DNA of 64,000 bases, taken from contig NC_088793.1 of the NCBI RefSeq assembly GCF_011386835.1, forward strand, positions 201,500,001 through 201,564,000, written 5' to 3'. Made by a program: the position numbers and the translations under genes. The notes beneath the pieces are model-generated. The model saw nothing but the letters and a program-made list of their open reading frames with translations. It was not told the origin of the DNA and searched no databases. Positions 25,608 through 38,310 of the stretch are shown piece by piece; positions within the stretch are counted from its first letter, which is position 1, and the number at the start of each line of letters is the position of its first letter. Source of the DNA: Chrysemys picta bellii. Lineage: Eukaryota.

Positions 25608-26869
25608 ATAATTTTAATAATCCTGCACCTGATCTTGGGACAAGAACCTGTCAACCCTCAAAGTGATAACTAGGCATTCTTAGGTAGTCAATACAATTAA
25701 TACATGATCTATAGATCAGGCTACATGATCAGCTCATTTCTCTCCATTAACCCAAAAAAACCAACTACCTCTGTGTACCAATTGTGCGCCCAGGTTGTCT
25801 ATGTGCATAGATCCCTCTTGCTTCATCCTCCCTCCACCCCCTGACAGAGTTCATCCCCCTGTTATGGACAGTTTTAAATTAAGATTGCAAGATCTTTGGG
25901 TTAGGGTTTGTCTTATTACAGCACCTAGCCTACGGGGCCGATCAGTGCTACTGTACAGACGAACAATAATAATATTAATAAAACTCTCCATGACTCAGGA
26001 GAAATCTCCGCCATACAAAGCCCACCTTTCTGTAGAACCATTTAGCACAGTTCCTATATGTACAGTTTAAATCCAGAAGGGACCGTTATGATCATCTAGT
26101 TTCACCTCCGAGACACAGGTCAAAGAATTTCACCCATTGATACCTGCACTTATTAGAACAGCCCTAGGACAAATGCAGGTATGTTCCTAGAGAATTGAGT
26201 TCCACTGCATAACTTAACATCATACATTAGATCCCAAGAGAAACCTTTAAAAAAAAAACCCCAACACATGTGTGATGTTTAAGCCTTAGTAGTCATCAAC
26301 TTTCCATGGAAAGGTTGTGCCCTAATGTGCATAAGTCATTAGAGGCAGTCTTCTAAACTTTAGTATCTCCAAAGGACCAATAATTGTGACCCAGTCAATA
26401 TTTTATGTTTGCAGGCAGGAGGAATGAACTCATCGGAACCAGCAGGTAGTGTATGTTCAGCTGCTTGGAGCACTGTTGAAGCCTGCCAATTCCCAAGGAG
26501 CACAGCTGACATCAGAAGTGATGGCCTGTGAAGGTCTCATTCAGAGGCTAGTTGAGGCCTGGAGTTTATGTATTAGACATGAAAGTGTATTTTAACATGC
26601 AGATATTTTCTGCGTTAAGTCAAGGGCAAGCTTTGTAAATCCCGCTCTTGTTTCTTTTCGTTATTGCTGTGAGTCAGAGTGACGCCATAGGACATAATGG
26701 AGCTACGCCAATTTACGCTGGCGGAGGATCTGCCCCATTGACTTAAATGGCTCTAAGCAGATTTATACCAGCTGGGACCCGGTCCTATAGTTTTCTACTT
26801 AGCTAAGGAACTTCCTATTAAAAAAAAGACACAATGCTTACTAGAGTCATATTTCATGATGGCCTTTTA

Positions 26870-27780
26870 CAGGATCTCTTCCTCTCTTTCCCCATCCCAA
26901 GTCAGTCTGCTCCCAACCCACCCTTTGCTCCTCTCCCTTGTTCAGATGCCTAATCCCGTTCAACTTTCCCTCTACACAATCAGTTTACCACCAGATCACC
27001 CAGGGATTTATCTTCCCACTTCTGAGCTCGTTCTGCCCAACTCCCAGCCACCTTGACCCAGTAACAGCATGGCTAAAACTGACCCCCTCATCTTTCATCC
27101 CAGACTTTCTCCTCTCCCAGCCAGAACACCACCCTGTAACCTGGACGTCATGTCCATGGCCTCTCTCTCCCTTTCCCCCCAGCATACAGACAATGGCTGA
27201 ATCCTGGCATTTCTTTCTGTACAGCACCTCAGATATCCATCCCTTCCTTTTTGATGCTGTGGCTAACATACTTGATTTGCTTTAATCATCCCCTGCCGCG
27301 ACTATGGCAACATCCTCCCTCTTCCTGTCCCAATCCCCAACTCAACTCCTTTCTACCCCATCCAAAATGCCACTTGCCTGGCCTGCCGGTCAGACCATGT
27401 TATTCCCTCTTCAAATCCTCCACTGGTTTCCTCTCAGCTTCCACATCAAGGTCAAGGTTCTCACACTCTCCTTTGAGACCTTTCAGCCCTACCTACATCT
27501 CTGCTCTGACTTCTTAGTACACCTCCCCTTTGTCCCTTTAGCTAGCTAGCTTAGGGTTTTATGTAGCTGACCATCACCAAAATATGAGCATCTTTCTCTA
27601 CACAAGCTTCCCACCTCACCACTCCCTTTATAGCCTCATCCCACTCACATTTTTATGCCTTCTTCCAAGCTATGTCTGATGCCTCCTAACCTCCTGACCA
27701 CTCTCCGTCCCAATCCCTCCTTAAGAAACACCTTTCTTCTGCCAGCCCTACCCAACGTTACTCTCCCTAAGTCAGCAGCT
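26870..27780 (+). mobile_element. L2 LINE 3' fragment, highly degraded
   Basis: C-rich strand; CCATGTTATTCCCTC...CTCCACTGGTTTCC...CATCAAGGTCAAGGTTCTCACACTC resembles the L2 HVTP-LHW-IKFK region. Confidence 0.75.
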
Positions 27781-28472
27781 CCATCATACAAGGTCTTCTG
27801 CAAAATATATTGGACTGTGAGACCACTAGGTGCTACCTATCCCAGGTCCTTCTATAGTTCAAATATACTGTGGGGTTCAAATACGGTAACATTGACAGCC
27901 ATGCAACATTACTAACTGATGAGAAGGCCACATTCAATGAAAACTCCCCTCCTTTATCTTATCAGTAGAATAACCACCAACCTGCACTGGAGAACGCAAA
28001 TCAATGAATAGAATGAGACTAATATAAGGCTGAGATCTTCAAAGGAGCCTAAGGGAGTCAGGCACCCAACTCCTATTGGATCTCAATATGAGCTAAGTAT
28101 CTAACTTCCCTAGGCTCCTTTGATAATTCTAGCATTAAGCTTTTGGAACCAACCTGCCTAGGATGTCATCGAGGTTTGAACTCTCTCATTAAAAGCATGA
28201 ATTGCTACTGCTTGGGCCAAGTGCTAAGCCCTCAAAATGGCCACTATCACAACCCATTAACCTGTTGTTAATCAGCCACTAGATGATGACAAAGACCCAA
28301 CATGCGCCGAGTCCTGGTTACTCTGTCCCAGCAGGGATCTGGCCCTATTTCTCATAAGCAAAGCATCTAGCAAACAATTAATACTTAAAAAAAAAAGCAT
28401 CACAATAAGTTGAAAGGAGGTTGCTTGCCTGCATCCGGGAGGCATCACTGCGCTCTAAAAGACTTACTCTAA

Positions 28473-28604
28473 GGCTACGTCTTCACTACGAGCGAGGGTT
28501 GCGATTCCCCTGCTCCTGTACACATGCTCACACTAGCGCTCATCCAGCTAGCACGAGTATAAACAGCAATGTAGCCCAGCCTAGCTCGCAGCATAAATGT
28601 AGCC
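28473..28604. mobile_element. Internally deleted Harbinger MITE
   Basis: GGCTACGTC...ATGTAGCC termini; TAA TSD on both sides. Confidence 0.8.
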
Positions 28605-29682
28605 TAAGTATTATGTCTATTCCAAGGGGAGATGCTACCAGATTGCTCAGTTGAGCACTGCAGAGTTCTTTGGAAGACAGCTGACAACCGTCACTGGGGC
28701 CAGGTTAGTCTGTGTATGCCTTCTGGCCAGCTGTTAAATTAAAGCCCAAGCAAGAGAACGTTATCCTTCCCAAGAGCTAGCTTCCCATGCTGGTTTGTCT
28801 GCTGCTTTCTGTAAGATTCCCTTCCTCTGTGACTGACATTTCCATTCTTTGCCTGCTTTCCTGACATTTCTAATTGGCAAGCATTTAAGGTGCCTTTCAA
28901 ATGGCCCCTTCCTAGTTAGCCAACAGCCCCAGATTTTCCTTCGTGAAAAAAGCACTAAGGCTCTGGACCCTGGGCTATGATTTAAAACATTTTCATCTCC
29001 TGTATAGAGCTAGTCTTGTATGTGATTATACCATTCAGTTCAGTTTACCTGAGAACTTACAAAAATACCGTCAGAGGTTGTTTTTTCCATATGTGTAAAT
29101 ATTAGGGATGGGAGTATTCCTTATGGGAAATTTGAAACAGTTTCCCTTTTGTTGGCCTGACATTTCCTGCAGCAATTGAAACTTTTGATGTTAAAGATCC
29201 CATTTAACTTGTCTCTTTAAGCCTGGCAGGGAAAGGGGCGGGGGCTGGGGGCAGAGTTAGGACAGTATTTCCCTTCCTCCCCAACATCCAGTCAATCAAA
29301 CTGTAGTAGGTGGGATGAGCGGCTGTATGGGAAGGGGTATGAGGAAGGAAATGTCAGCCGAGTTGAGTAATTTGGAGCAGAGGAATTCAGGCGAGGTTAC
29401 AGAAGCAGGGCCACATTAAGGCAACTTAAGTTGCTGGGGGTGAGGGTGACGAGGGCATTGCGCCACCTTGGCTCCATGGCCTTCTCCTCCTCCTCCAGGA
29501 ACAATCTTCTGAGCTAATAGGGAACATACCGCCGGCCTTTTTGAACAGGCCGGGCTTCCTCCAGCCCTGGACCACCACTCCTTGTCTTCAAAAAGACTGG
29601 GTTCTTTCCTGGGAGGGGGGCAGGCAGATGAAGCAGGAAAAACAATCAGTGGAGGGTGTAACATACCCACCTGTACTTGCAC

Positions 29683-29936
29683 CGTAGGCGCCAACGTTCT
29701 CTGTTCTCAGGGGTGCTTGACCCCTGTGCGGCCCCAGGCCCTGCCCCCACTCCACCCCTTCCCCCAAGCCCCTGCCTCTTCCTGCCCCCGCTCCTCCCCT
29801 CCATGCCTCATGCCTCCTTCTTCACACCACTGAACAGCTGATCTCGGCGGGCAGGAGGCACTGGGAGGGAGGGGGGGGCGCTGATCCATGGGGCTGCCAG
29901 CGGCTACTGAGCACCCACTTTTTTTTTTGGCCTATG
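29683..29936. mobile_element. hAT MITE (CATAGGCGCC type)
   Basis: CGTAGGCGCC...GGCCTATG termini; 8-bp TSD ACTTGCAC/ATTTGCAC. Confidence 0.8.
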
Positions 29937-29951
29937 ATTTGCACCCCTGTT

Positions 29952-30490
29952 TAGGGTCAACACCTGTCCTGAATTGGGTGGGGTAGTCCTGAAATGCACA
30001 GGTCAAGTCCCTGTCCTGAGCTGAATGACTTCAAGACAGCATTTGTCCTGGATTCCCTGCAGCGCTGCTCTGCGCTTGCCTTAGGCTCATGGGAGACACC
30101 AGCCTCTTCTCAGTGGGGGGCAGGACCGAGGTGCACCTTAGCCCTAACTCGCCCTGAGGCCCTGCCCCCTGGCCAGGCCACAAGCTGGAGCCGGGCTGTG
30201 ATAGGAGCCACCCAGGGAGCCCAGGCTCCTGCGGAGAGACCCAGACCCTCCATCTGCCCTGGACAGCATACCCCAGGGGGTGGGGACATGGGCAGGTGCT
30301 GCTCTCAGGCCCCCTGGCCTCCTGCCTAGGGCAGGGGGAGGGTCTAGAGCTCCCCATAGTGGCCCAGGCTCTTCCCACAGCTCCAGCTTCTGGCCTGACC
30401 AGGGGGGGGGACCTCGGGGGAAGAGGAGGAACAGGGGGTGGGGCCACTCCATGCGTCTCACTTTTGCCTTTCGAAAAGGTGATCCCCCTA
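29952..30490. mobile_element. hAT (Blackjack-like) GC-rich MITE
   Basis: TAGGGTCAACACC...GGTGATCCCCCTA termini; 8-bp TSD CCCCTGTT/CCTCTGTT. Confidence 0.8.
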
Positions 30491-31854
30491 CCTCTGTTTC
30501 TTGACCGATTGTGATTTTCAAAAGTGCTCCAGGTTGGTGTCCCCTCTGAAGTCAATGGAGAGCACGTTTGAAAGTCCCACCCTCAATCATGTAACTAAGC
30601 CCCCCGCCGCAGACTCTGATCTGACACAGGCCTCCTTGTGTGGCTTTCCCATAAATTGTTCCAGGCTGAACAAAAACAACCACCACCTTGAGTTGTTAGA
30701 ATCCTGAACCCTGACATTGGCGTGACCTGTAGCTCTTAATAGTAGGAAATGACAGTCAGACAGAGTACAGGACAAGGTAGATTCCCGGTTAGTAATGGAC
30801 ATAATTACATTAGTCAGTCACACAACATAACTTGATGTTAAGAAATATTTTTGGCATGTCACAAAGAAGTTAGATATTGTCACACACACCCCAACAGTTA
30901 CAATGTCAAAGCAACATAATACGGGCTTTATTTTAACTGTAACATACATTTGCATAATAATGTTCTTCATAGTTACAATGAGATCTATGCTTCCCTGTTT
31001 GGGCTTTTCTTTTTTCCTTCATTTTCTCTCTCTTGGAGGCAACTCCCTCGTGCTCTCACCTCCACAAGTAGAAAAATCAAACAATTCTCTCTCATGACTG
31101 TTTTTTCAAGCGTGGGGGGGGGAGAGGGAATGAGGATCAGCACTTTCTCAAAAGTAGGTCCCTTTAAGGCACTTCAAGTTGGACACCCAAAAATCGACCT
31201 AACCTCCATTCACTAGTCACTTTTGAAAATATTTATCTTCATCTTTAAATATGTCATAGTCATGAGATTAGCCAAATTATGTCAGTGGTTATTCTTTTTG
31301 TTAATGCTTATAAATAATGAGCTAAGACTGAACAACACCATGGGATGAGAAAACAGGAATTGGACCTATATAGATGCAATTATTTTAGAAGGAAAAACTA
31401 CCTAGTGCTGGAATATCCATTCAGTATAACTCTAATTATACACAGATGCTTATTGGTCCCTCTCTAAGCCTATCACTATAAAGGATATTAACTACAGACT
31501 CACTCTCTCTCTGAGTTCCCCTTAGAGAATTCCCCGAGAATAGAGAAACACACACGCCCTCTCAGGTGTAATCAGAGAGGGTATTATTTAACTCATTATT
31601 ATTTGCATTATAGTTAACATCCGGAGGCTAAGTGCTGTAAAAACACATAGTGAGAGACAGGCCCCAATGTGAAGAACTTCCATTCAGTTTGGATAGAAAG
31701 ATGGGGGCACAGGGAAGTAGTGTGATTTGTTCAAGATTGGTGGGAATAGGATTTGGGGCTGATCAGTCTCTTCGGATGATGTATTCGGATTTGTTTCAGA
31801 GCTTCCCTCTCCTGCTTCCGCTCAAGAGGTCAGCTGTATCAACATAGGGCTCTT

Positions 31855-32405
31855 GAGTGGAGTAGAGAGGTTATTTTACCTCGTTATTTGGCACTGGTGT
31901 GATCACTGCTGGAATACTGTGTCTAGTGCTAGTGTCTAAAGTTCAAGAAGGATGTTGATAAATAGGAGAGGGGTCAGAGAAGAGCCACAAGAATGACTAA
32001 GGGATTAAAAACATGCTTTATAGTGCCAGACTCAAGGAACTCTATCTATTTAGCTTCACCAAGAGAAGGTCAAGGGGTGACTTGATCACAGTCTATAGTT
32101 ACTTACATGGGGAACAGATATTTGATAATGGGCTCTTCAGTCTAGCAGAGAAAGGTATAATATGATCCAATGGCTGGAAGTTGAAGCTAGACAAATTCAG
32201 TCTGGAAATAAGGTGTACATTTTTAACAGTGAGGGTTACTAAAGGTTGTGGTAGATTCTCCCTCACTGGCCATTTTAAAATCAAGATTGGACGTTTTTCT
32301 AAAAGATCTGCTGTAGTTCAGACAGGAATTGTTGCAGGGATGTTCTATTATGCAGGAGATCCGACTAGGTGATCACAGTATTCCCTTCTGGCCTCAGGAT
32401 ATTCA
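31855..32405 (+). mobile_element. CR1 LINE 3' fragment
   Basis: GCTGGAATACTGTGTC...GTTCAAGAAGGATGTTGATAAA...AATGGCTGGAAGTTGAAGCTAGACAAATTCAG...CCCTTCTGGCCT. Confidence 0.9.
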
Positions 32406-33984
32406 AAGGTGGGGTGGGCTGAGAACCGTTAGCTTCCTGCTGACTTCCTGCAGGGAGGCAGGAAACAACTTGGGATCAGAGATGGGAGGAGACAGAAGGA
32501 GGGAGCGTGGTGTTCTCGATCTTGATTGGCTCCTAGGCTGACTCAAAGAAGGAGGAAAGTCCAGCATGTGTGCTGACAAAAGCCGCATCCTAGAACTTAA
32601 CACATGTGAGTGTAAGCAAAAAAGTTATGGAAGAAGACAAGACATGAAATAAATGGAAAAGGAACGACAGAAAAACAGAATGAGAGAAATAAAGAGACTT
32701 GCTGCCTGGAACCTATAGCAATAATTAGTGAGCACAGAAGTTATGAAAAAACCTGAAATAGACAATACTGTGATGGGCAATAGTCCATCTGAATAACAGC
32801 AGATGGTGGGGGATCACTTTGGATGGGCCAGAACTGGTACTACGGACTGTGGGACATGGATAAATGGGATCCGGCTCTCCAACTTGAGTTTGGTTTTGCA
32901 ACTTTTTGATCTTTGCACTCGTATGTTGTAAAGTGGTTTCTAAACCACTTGAACTAAATTTCTAACGCACTTGGCTGTGAAATTCAGACACCTCCCGAGT
33001 CATCAAATGAATAAATAAACTAGATCTTAGGTGAGAGATTAATATTTGACTGTTACTTCATTCTTGGGAAACACCTACGGGCTGGTTGTACTGGATTCAG
33101 GAGGCAGATGTAGTTTTAAACTTGGATCAAAGGGATTTTAGCTGGAAACAAATTACTTGGACTTAGCAGACTGCCTTATTAATCATATCTGTATCACCAC
33201 TTTACGGTACTTCTAAAGGGCACCGTAGTGCAGACGTATTTTATCTTGTTATGTCTCATAACTATATTGCGTGATGTTTGTGAAATATGATTTCTGTCAT
33301 GCCGTATACCAGAGCCACAGGCCTTTGGCAAATTTAAAAACTCTTAGCCTACTTTAGATAGAACTAATAAATCAGAGCAGTTGCTCAAGCCACAACTTAG
33401 GTGGTATCAATCAGACCAGTGGAAGCTATGATACAACCTAATTATCATTGTGACTCCACCTACACTTAATGTGAATGTTTCTCTCTTGTTCCCCAGAGGG
33501 TCAACACGAAAGCTTAAATATGTACTTCAACATTGTCGATTTCCAAAGGCAGCACTGAAAAGACAAATGTTTAATACTTATAGTGGTGTAAGTAAGGGGA
33601 AAGGTGGAGGGGGACAACTATTATGGGATGTGAGTAAAGACATTTTAGAATGGAGACAGGGGAGAGAAGCCCTGTGGGTGAAATTCACCTCTATGCCACG
33701 TAAGCCCCATTTATGTCCTCAAATTAGGCCCTTTAAGTGGGACTTAAGTGGTGCAGAGATTTTGTGCTGGCTGCCGTGAATTTCACCCCACCAGACACAG
33801 GTCCCAGGTCAGCAAGGTACTTAAGCATACATATAATTTTAAGCATGTGAGGACTCCTCACAGGTTTAAATTTACTCAGATGATAAAGTACCTTGGTGAA
33901 TCGGGGGCATAGCACTGGCTGTCGTGAGCAGACCTGCTAAAGGTAATGGAACTATTCAGAGTAATGAGTGAAGTGGAAGGATCG

Positions 33985-34390
33985 CCAGTGGTTAGGATGC
34001 TGGGACACAGGATTCTATTCCCTGCTCTGCTACACAATTCTTGAGTGACCTTGGACAAGTCACTCAGAGTATGTCTACACTGCAAAGAGAAAAGCCCGTT
34101 TCAGAGCCCAGGCTCAGGCAGTGGGGCAAAAAGTATCAGTGTAGACATTCCCACTTGGGCGGGAGCCTGGGACCTGAAACTTGGCAAGGGGTGAGGATCT
34201 CGAAGCCCAGGCTCCCGCCCAAGTGGGAACGTCTACACGGATACTTTTTGCCCCACTGCCTGAGCCCTGCAAGCCCAAGGCAGCTGACCCGGCTCTGAGA
34301 CTCAATGCTACAGGTTTTTCTCTGCAGTGTAGACATACCCTGAGTCTTCTGTACCTCAGTTCCTCATCTATGAATGAGAATGATAGAACT
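33985..34390 (+). mobile_element. MIR-like SINE split by a Harbinger MITE
   Basis: GTGACCTTGGACAAGTCACT and TCTGTACCTCAGTTCCTCATCTATGAATGAG halves flank the 34067-34340 insert. Confidence 0.75.
34067..34340. mobile_element. Harbinger MITE with about 60-bp internal inverted repeats
   Basis: TIRs GAGTATGTCTACACTGCA/TGCAGTGTAGACATACCC; TCA/TGA flanks; inner arms GGCTCAGGCAGTGGGGCAAAAAGTATC.../...GATACTTTTTGCCCCACTGCCTGAGCC. Confidence 0.9.
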
Positions 34391-34908
34391 AGAGCTAAGG
34401 ACATTTTTCAGCCAAAAAACCTTTTTTTGATGAAAAATGCAGATTCAGCAACACCAAAACTTTTCAAGAATTCATGTAGATTTTGCCGAATTTGTTTGTT
34501 TATAAAGAAAACAACAAATTCGAAAAAATATGAAAGGTTTTATTTTGACATTTTCAAAATGAAACATTTTGATTTTTCAGTCAGAAACTACTTTGTTTCA
34601 AAACTTCCTTTAATTTTATTTTTTTTAATTAAAAAAAATTTAAGTGGGTGAAATTGAAACAAAATGTTTTGACTTTGTCAGAACTAAAGATATATTATTC
34701 GATCCAAACCAAATATATTTTCAGCTTTTCAATTCACTGACAATTTTGAAAATGTTCAGTTTCAGTCTGGCCCAAAATGAAATTTTTTGACTTTTCAAAA
34801 TTGCCAAAAAACAAATTCTGTTATTTGCCTAGCTGATTACCTAATCTCCCAGGAGTACTGTGAGGATAAATACATTAAAGATTGTGAGGTGCTCAGATAC
34901 TTATGATG

Positions 34909-36044
34909 ACTATATATAAGAAATCCATGGATCACCACACTTACCTCCAGCACCTCTCCCACCCCCACCCCCACTGCACCAAGAAAGTGGTTATCTATAG
35001 CCAGGCACTCAGATACCATTTGCTCTGAAGAGAAAGTCCGGGACACACACCTAACCACACTTCACTAAACAAGGACACGCCACCAGAGAAGTAGATCACA
35101 TTATGGAAAGGGCCACCCAAATACCCCAGAAGAACCAACTTCGATATAGGAAAATATAAACAACTGACTACACAATCCTACTTGTCACCGAACATACCCC
35201 ACATGGGTTCTAGTGTGAGAGCATCAAACAGTGACAACCCAATACCTGAGGGGGACCCCATCCTGAAAGAAATCTTTCCCAAGTCCCTTCTTTTGGCCTT
35301 CAAACAGATCCCCAACCTCACCAAGCTTGTCATCAGAAGAAAGCTCTTGACAGACCAGGACACATCAACTCAAAGCAGCACCAGACTGCCAGAACAACAG
35401 ATGCAAAACCCACAGACATCGCTCTGCTGATTACTACCCCCCACAACACACCATTCAAGATCCAGGGGTCCTACACATGCCTATCACAACATGTCGTGTA
35501 GCTTATCCAGTGCTACAAATGCCCCAACAACTATTTGGTGAAAACAAAAACAATCACTACGCTCGCAAATGAATTTGCATAGAAAAATGATAAAAGACAA
35601 ACACACCCTATCACTGGTGGGTGAACACTTTTCGCCGAACGTTCACTCCAGACCTCAGTCCTCATCCTCAAAGGAAACCTGCACAACGACTTAAAAAAAC
35701 CAAACAAACCTGGGAACGTCAATTCATAACTCTGCTGAACACTAAAAACCATGGACTTAACAGAGACCCTGATTTTACGGTTCATTACAACAATTTGTAA
35801 CACACCCTACTGCCTGCTAATGCACCGTTGTCAAACAACTGCAGAGCTGTTAATTGCATATTTCATTTTAAGTGGTCTCCTACAGCATGTGTGAACCCTT
35901 ATATTTCACAACCTTATATTTCACTTGGACACTCTGGTTACATTCTCCAGACCGGAGGAAGAGCTCTGTGAAGCTCAAAAGCTTGTCTAGTCCACCAACA
36001 GAAGTTGGTCCAATAAAAGATATTACCTCACCTACCTTGTCTCT
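34909..36044 (+). mobile_element. Penelope-like (Neptune-type) retroelement, 3' part with degraded RT thumb and GIY-YIG endonuclease
   Basis: Degraded peptides resembling KP-DHHTYL, KK-VIYSQALRY, SYTCLSQHVV-LIQCYKCP-NY, HRKMIKDK, VGEHFS and NTKNHGLNRD; terminal GAAGAGCTCTGTG-AGCTC-AAAGCTTGTC...TTGGTCCAATAAAAGATATTACCTCACC. Confidence 0.92.
35948..35990 (+). ncRNA. Degenerate Penelope-type minimal hammerhead ribozyme
   Basis: AGAC-CGGAGGA-A-GAGCT/AGCTC-AAAA-GCTT-GTC; core deviates from CUGANGA...GAAA. Confidence 0.6.
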
Positions 36045-37164
36045 AAGATAAGGAGATAAGTATTGCACCCATTAGTAAGTGTTTGCATAACTGAGCCCTA
36101 AGTCATTTCTTGAGGTATTTCGTAATCCTAAAATTATTATTATTATTAAAGTACCACCAGGAGAACTAGTGACTTTGAATTGGTAACTGACAATATTTAA
36201 ACCAAAAAATAGGATATTTTGGGGACACCAAGGTTTTTTTTGTTTGGTTTGGTTTGGCTTGGCTTTTGAATTAACAGCTGCCTCACCACAGTGATCAGAA
36301 GGTAAAGAAGTTTTCTTTGAAAAAAAAAATCCTCAAAATGATATATTTCAGTGGGTTAATTACTGCTGTTCTTCTTTGACCTTTTTTGTTTTCGTCTGCT
36401 TTTCACTGCATTTACAATCCAACATTTTCCTTTGACACTGTGCAGGGCTCTGGGTAAAATGAGTTTGGTGTAATCAGGTGTGTTGCTGGTGAACTGCAGC
36501 CCACAGTACAAAGGCAGCACTGTTTTTCACAAGCATAGTCAGTAATATTCACTCAACAGAAGAGCCGAGCGACATGGCAATATCCATCAACCCTCTGCAT
36601 TAGCTCATAATTAAAGAAAGGTCAGCGGCTTTACCTTTATGAGAACTACATTTATCTTTGTACGGTTAAAAAACAAACATATACAAATTTCACAACGGAA
36701 ACTTTTGTTGACATCCAGAAACATGAAACCCAAGACATGAAAAATGTTACACAGCCAGCTGAGTTAATCTAATAAGGCTCATGAGATTGATTTACCTCAC
36801 CAGTTGCAGAGCTGTTGAGATAATTTTTTGTAGCTAACAGCACATGCTGATGTACTCCAGTTTTTTCATGCCTTGCTAGCGAAGAGAGGCCGTGATTCAC
36901 CCTGGTTAGTGACCTTTTCTCATTTTCATAGCCAGCCAGAGCCAGGATATATTCTTAATTTTGTTTTTGTGGATCCATTCATTAGTAAATTACACATAGT
37001 GAGAAACAATTTTCACCTGGAAATTTCAGCTGGATACAGCTTTTATCTTCAAATACTGTGAGCTACTTAGGAAAAAAAATAGAAGTAAAACCATTCCCCA
37101 TTTTTAGAACTCAGACGGAGGCTCTTTAAGGTACTGAAATGTGATTTTTGTTTTTGCATGTTTT

Positions 37165-37230
37165 ACCAGTTCTGGAGGGTTGGACTAGATGACCTCCTGA
37201 GGTCTCTTCCAACCTTAATCTTCTATGATT
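37165..37230 (+). mobile_element. Very short CR1 3' tail
   Basis: GGGTTGGACTAGATGACCTCCTGAGGTCTCTTCCAACCTTAATCTTCTATGATTC. Confidence 0.85.
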
Positions 37231-37428
37231 CCATACAAATCCAGCTGCAGAACTGCCAGAAAACAGCTAGAACAGCTAAGGCTAGAAGAGAAGTTCCAGA
37301 AGTCTCATGAGAAAGCATTATTAATATTACTTTGTTTTACACTAGGAACCAGGGTCCCTGAGATCAAAACCCCACTGTGCTTGGCAACGGTGCATATGCA
37401 TAGAAGAGAGAGTCCCTGCCCTAACTTA

Positions 37429-37726
37429 GGCCTGGTCCACACTAACCCCCCACTTCGAACTAAGGTACGCAAATTCAGCTACGTTAATAACGTAGCTGAA
37501 TTCGAAGTACCTTAGTTCAAACTTACCGTGGGTCCAGACGCGGCAGGCAGGCTCCCCCGTCGACTCCACGTACTCCTCTCGCCGAGCTGGAGTACCGGCG
37601 TCGACGGCGAGCACTTCCGGGATCGATCCGGGATCAATTTATCGCGTGTCTAGACAAGACGCGATAAATCGATCCCAGAAGATCGATTGCTTACCGCCGG
37701 ACCCGGAGGTAAGTGTAGACCTACCC
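37429..37726. mobile_element. Young Harbinger MITE
   Basis: GGCCTGGTCCACACT...AGTGTAGACCTACCC termini; TTA/TTG flanks; CpG-rich with internal hairpins. Confidence 0.9.
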
Positions 37727-37737
37727 TTGCTTACAAT

Positions 37738-38310
37738 TAGAGCTGGGTGAATAATGAATTTTTCAGATCACTGATAATTCCAAAAACTCAAAAATAAAAT
37801 ACAATAAAATTCATTTTGGGTTGAATGAAAAATAAAAATTTTCAGTGAACTGAACAGTTGAAAAAAAAAAAAAAAGTAATTGGGAGGTCAAACAAAATGT
37901 TCTATTTGATCCGAAACAAGACATGTTTTGATTTTGAGCTTTTATAATGTTTTTAAATTAAAAAATTAAGAAAAGTTTTAAATGAATTCATTTTGTGCCA
38001 AGTTTCATTTTGAAAATGTCTAAATTAAACATTTTGATTTTGTCTGATTTTTTTTTCCTGACAGGAACAATCTGGTGAAATCAAATGCAAATTTGTAAAA
38101 TGTTTCAGTTTTGCCAAATCTGCATTTTTTGCTGAAAAAAAGGTTTTGGTCAGCAGAAGAATTATACACCGAGGTTAGTCAGCAAATAATTGTGAATAAC
38201 AAATACAAGTATTTGAAAATAGTGATTTGTTCATGGACAATTCAAACGCAGAATAAGTGGGGAAATTCATCAAATGAATTATTCATTACGAGTGACTAGA
38301 CCAACTCTAG
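37738..38310. mobile_element. AT-rich MITE or MITEs (TAGAGCTGG family)
   Basis: Starts TAGAGCTGGGTGAAT and ends GACCAACTCTA. Confidence 0.6.

Noticed and set aside
30031-30555. 174-aa, 125-aa and other overlapping ORFs
   Set aside because: They lie within the GC-rich hAT MITE 29952-30490; open frames on both strands reflect base composition.
34181-34651. 156-aa ORF
   Set aside because: Chimeric across a Harbinger MITE, a MIR and an AT-rich MITE.
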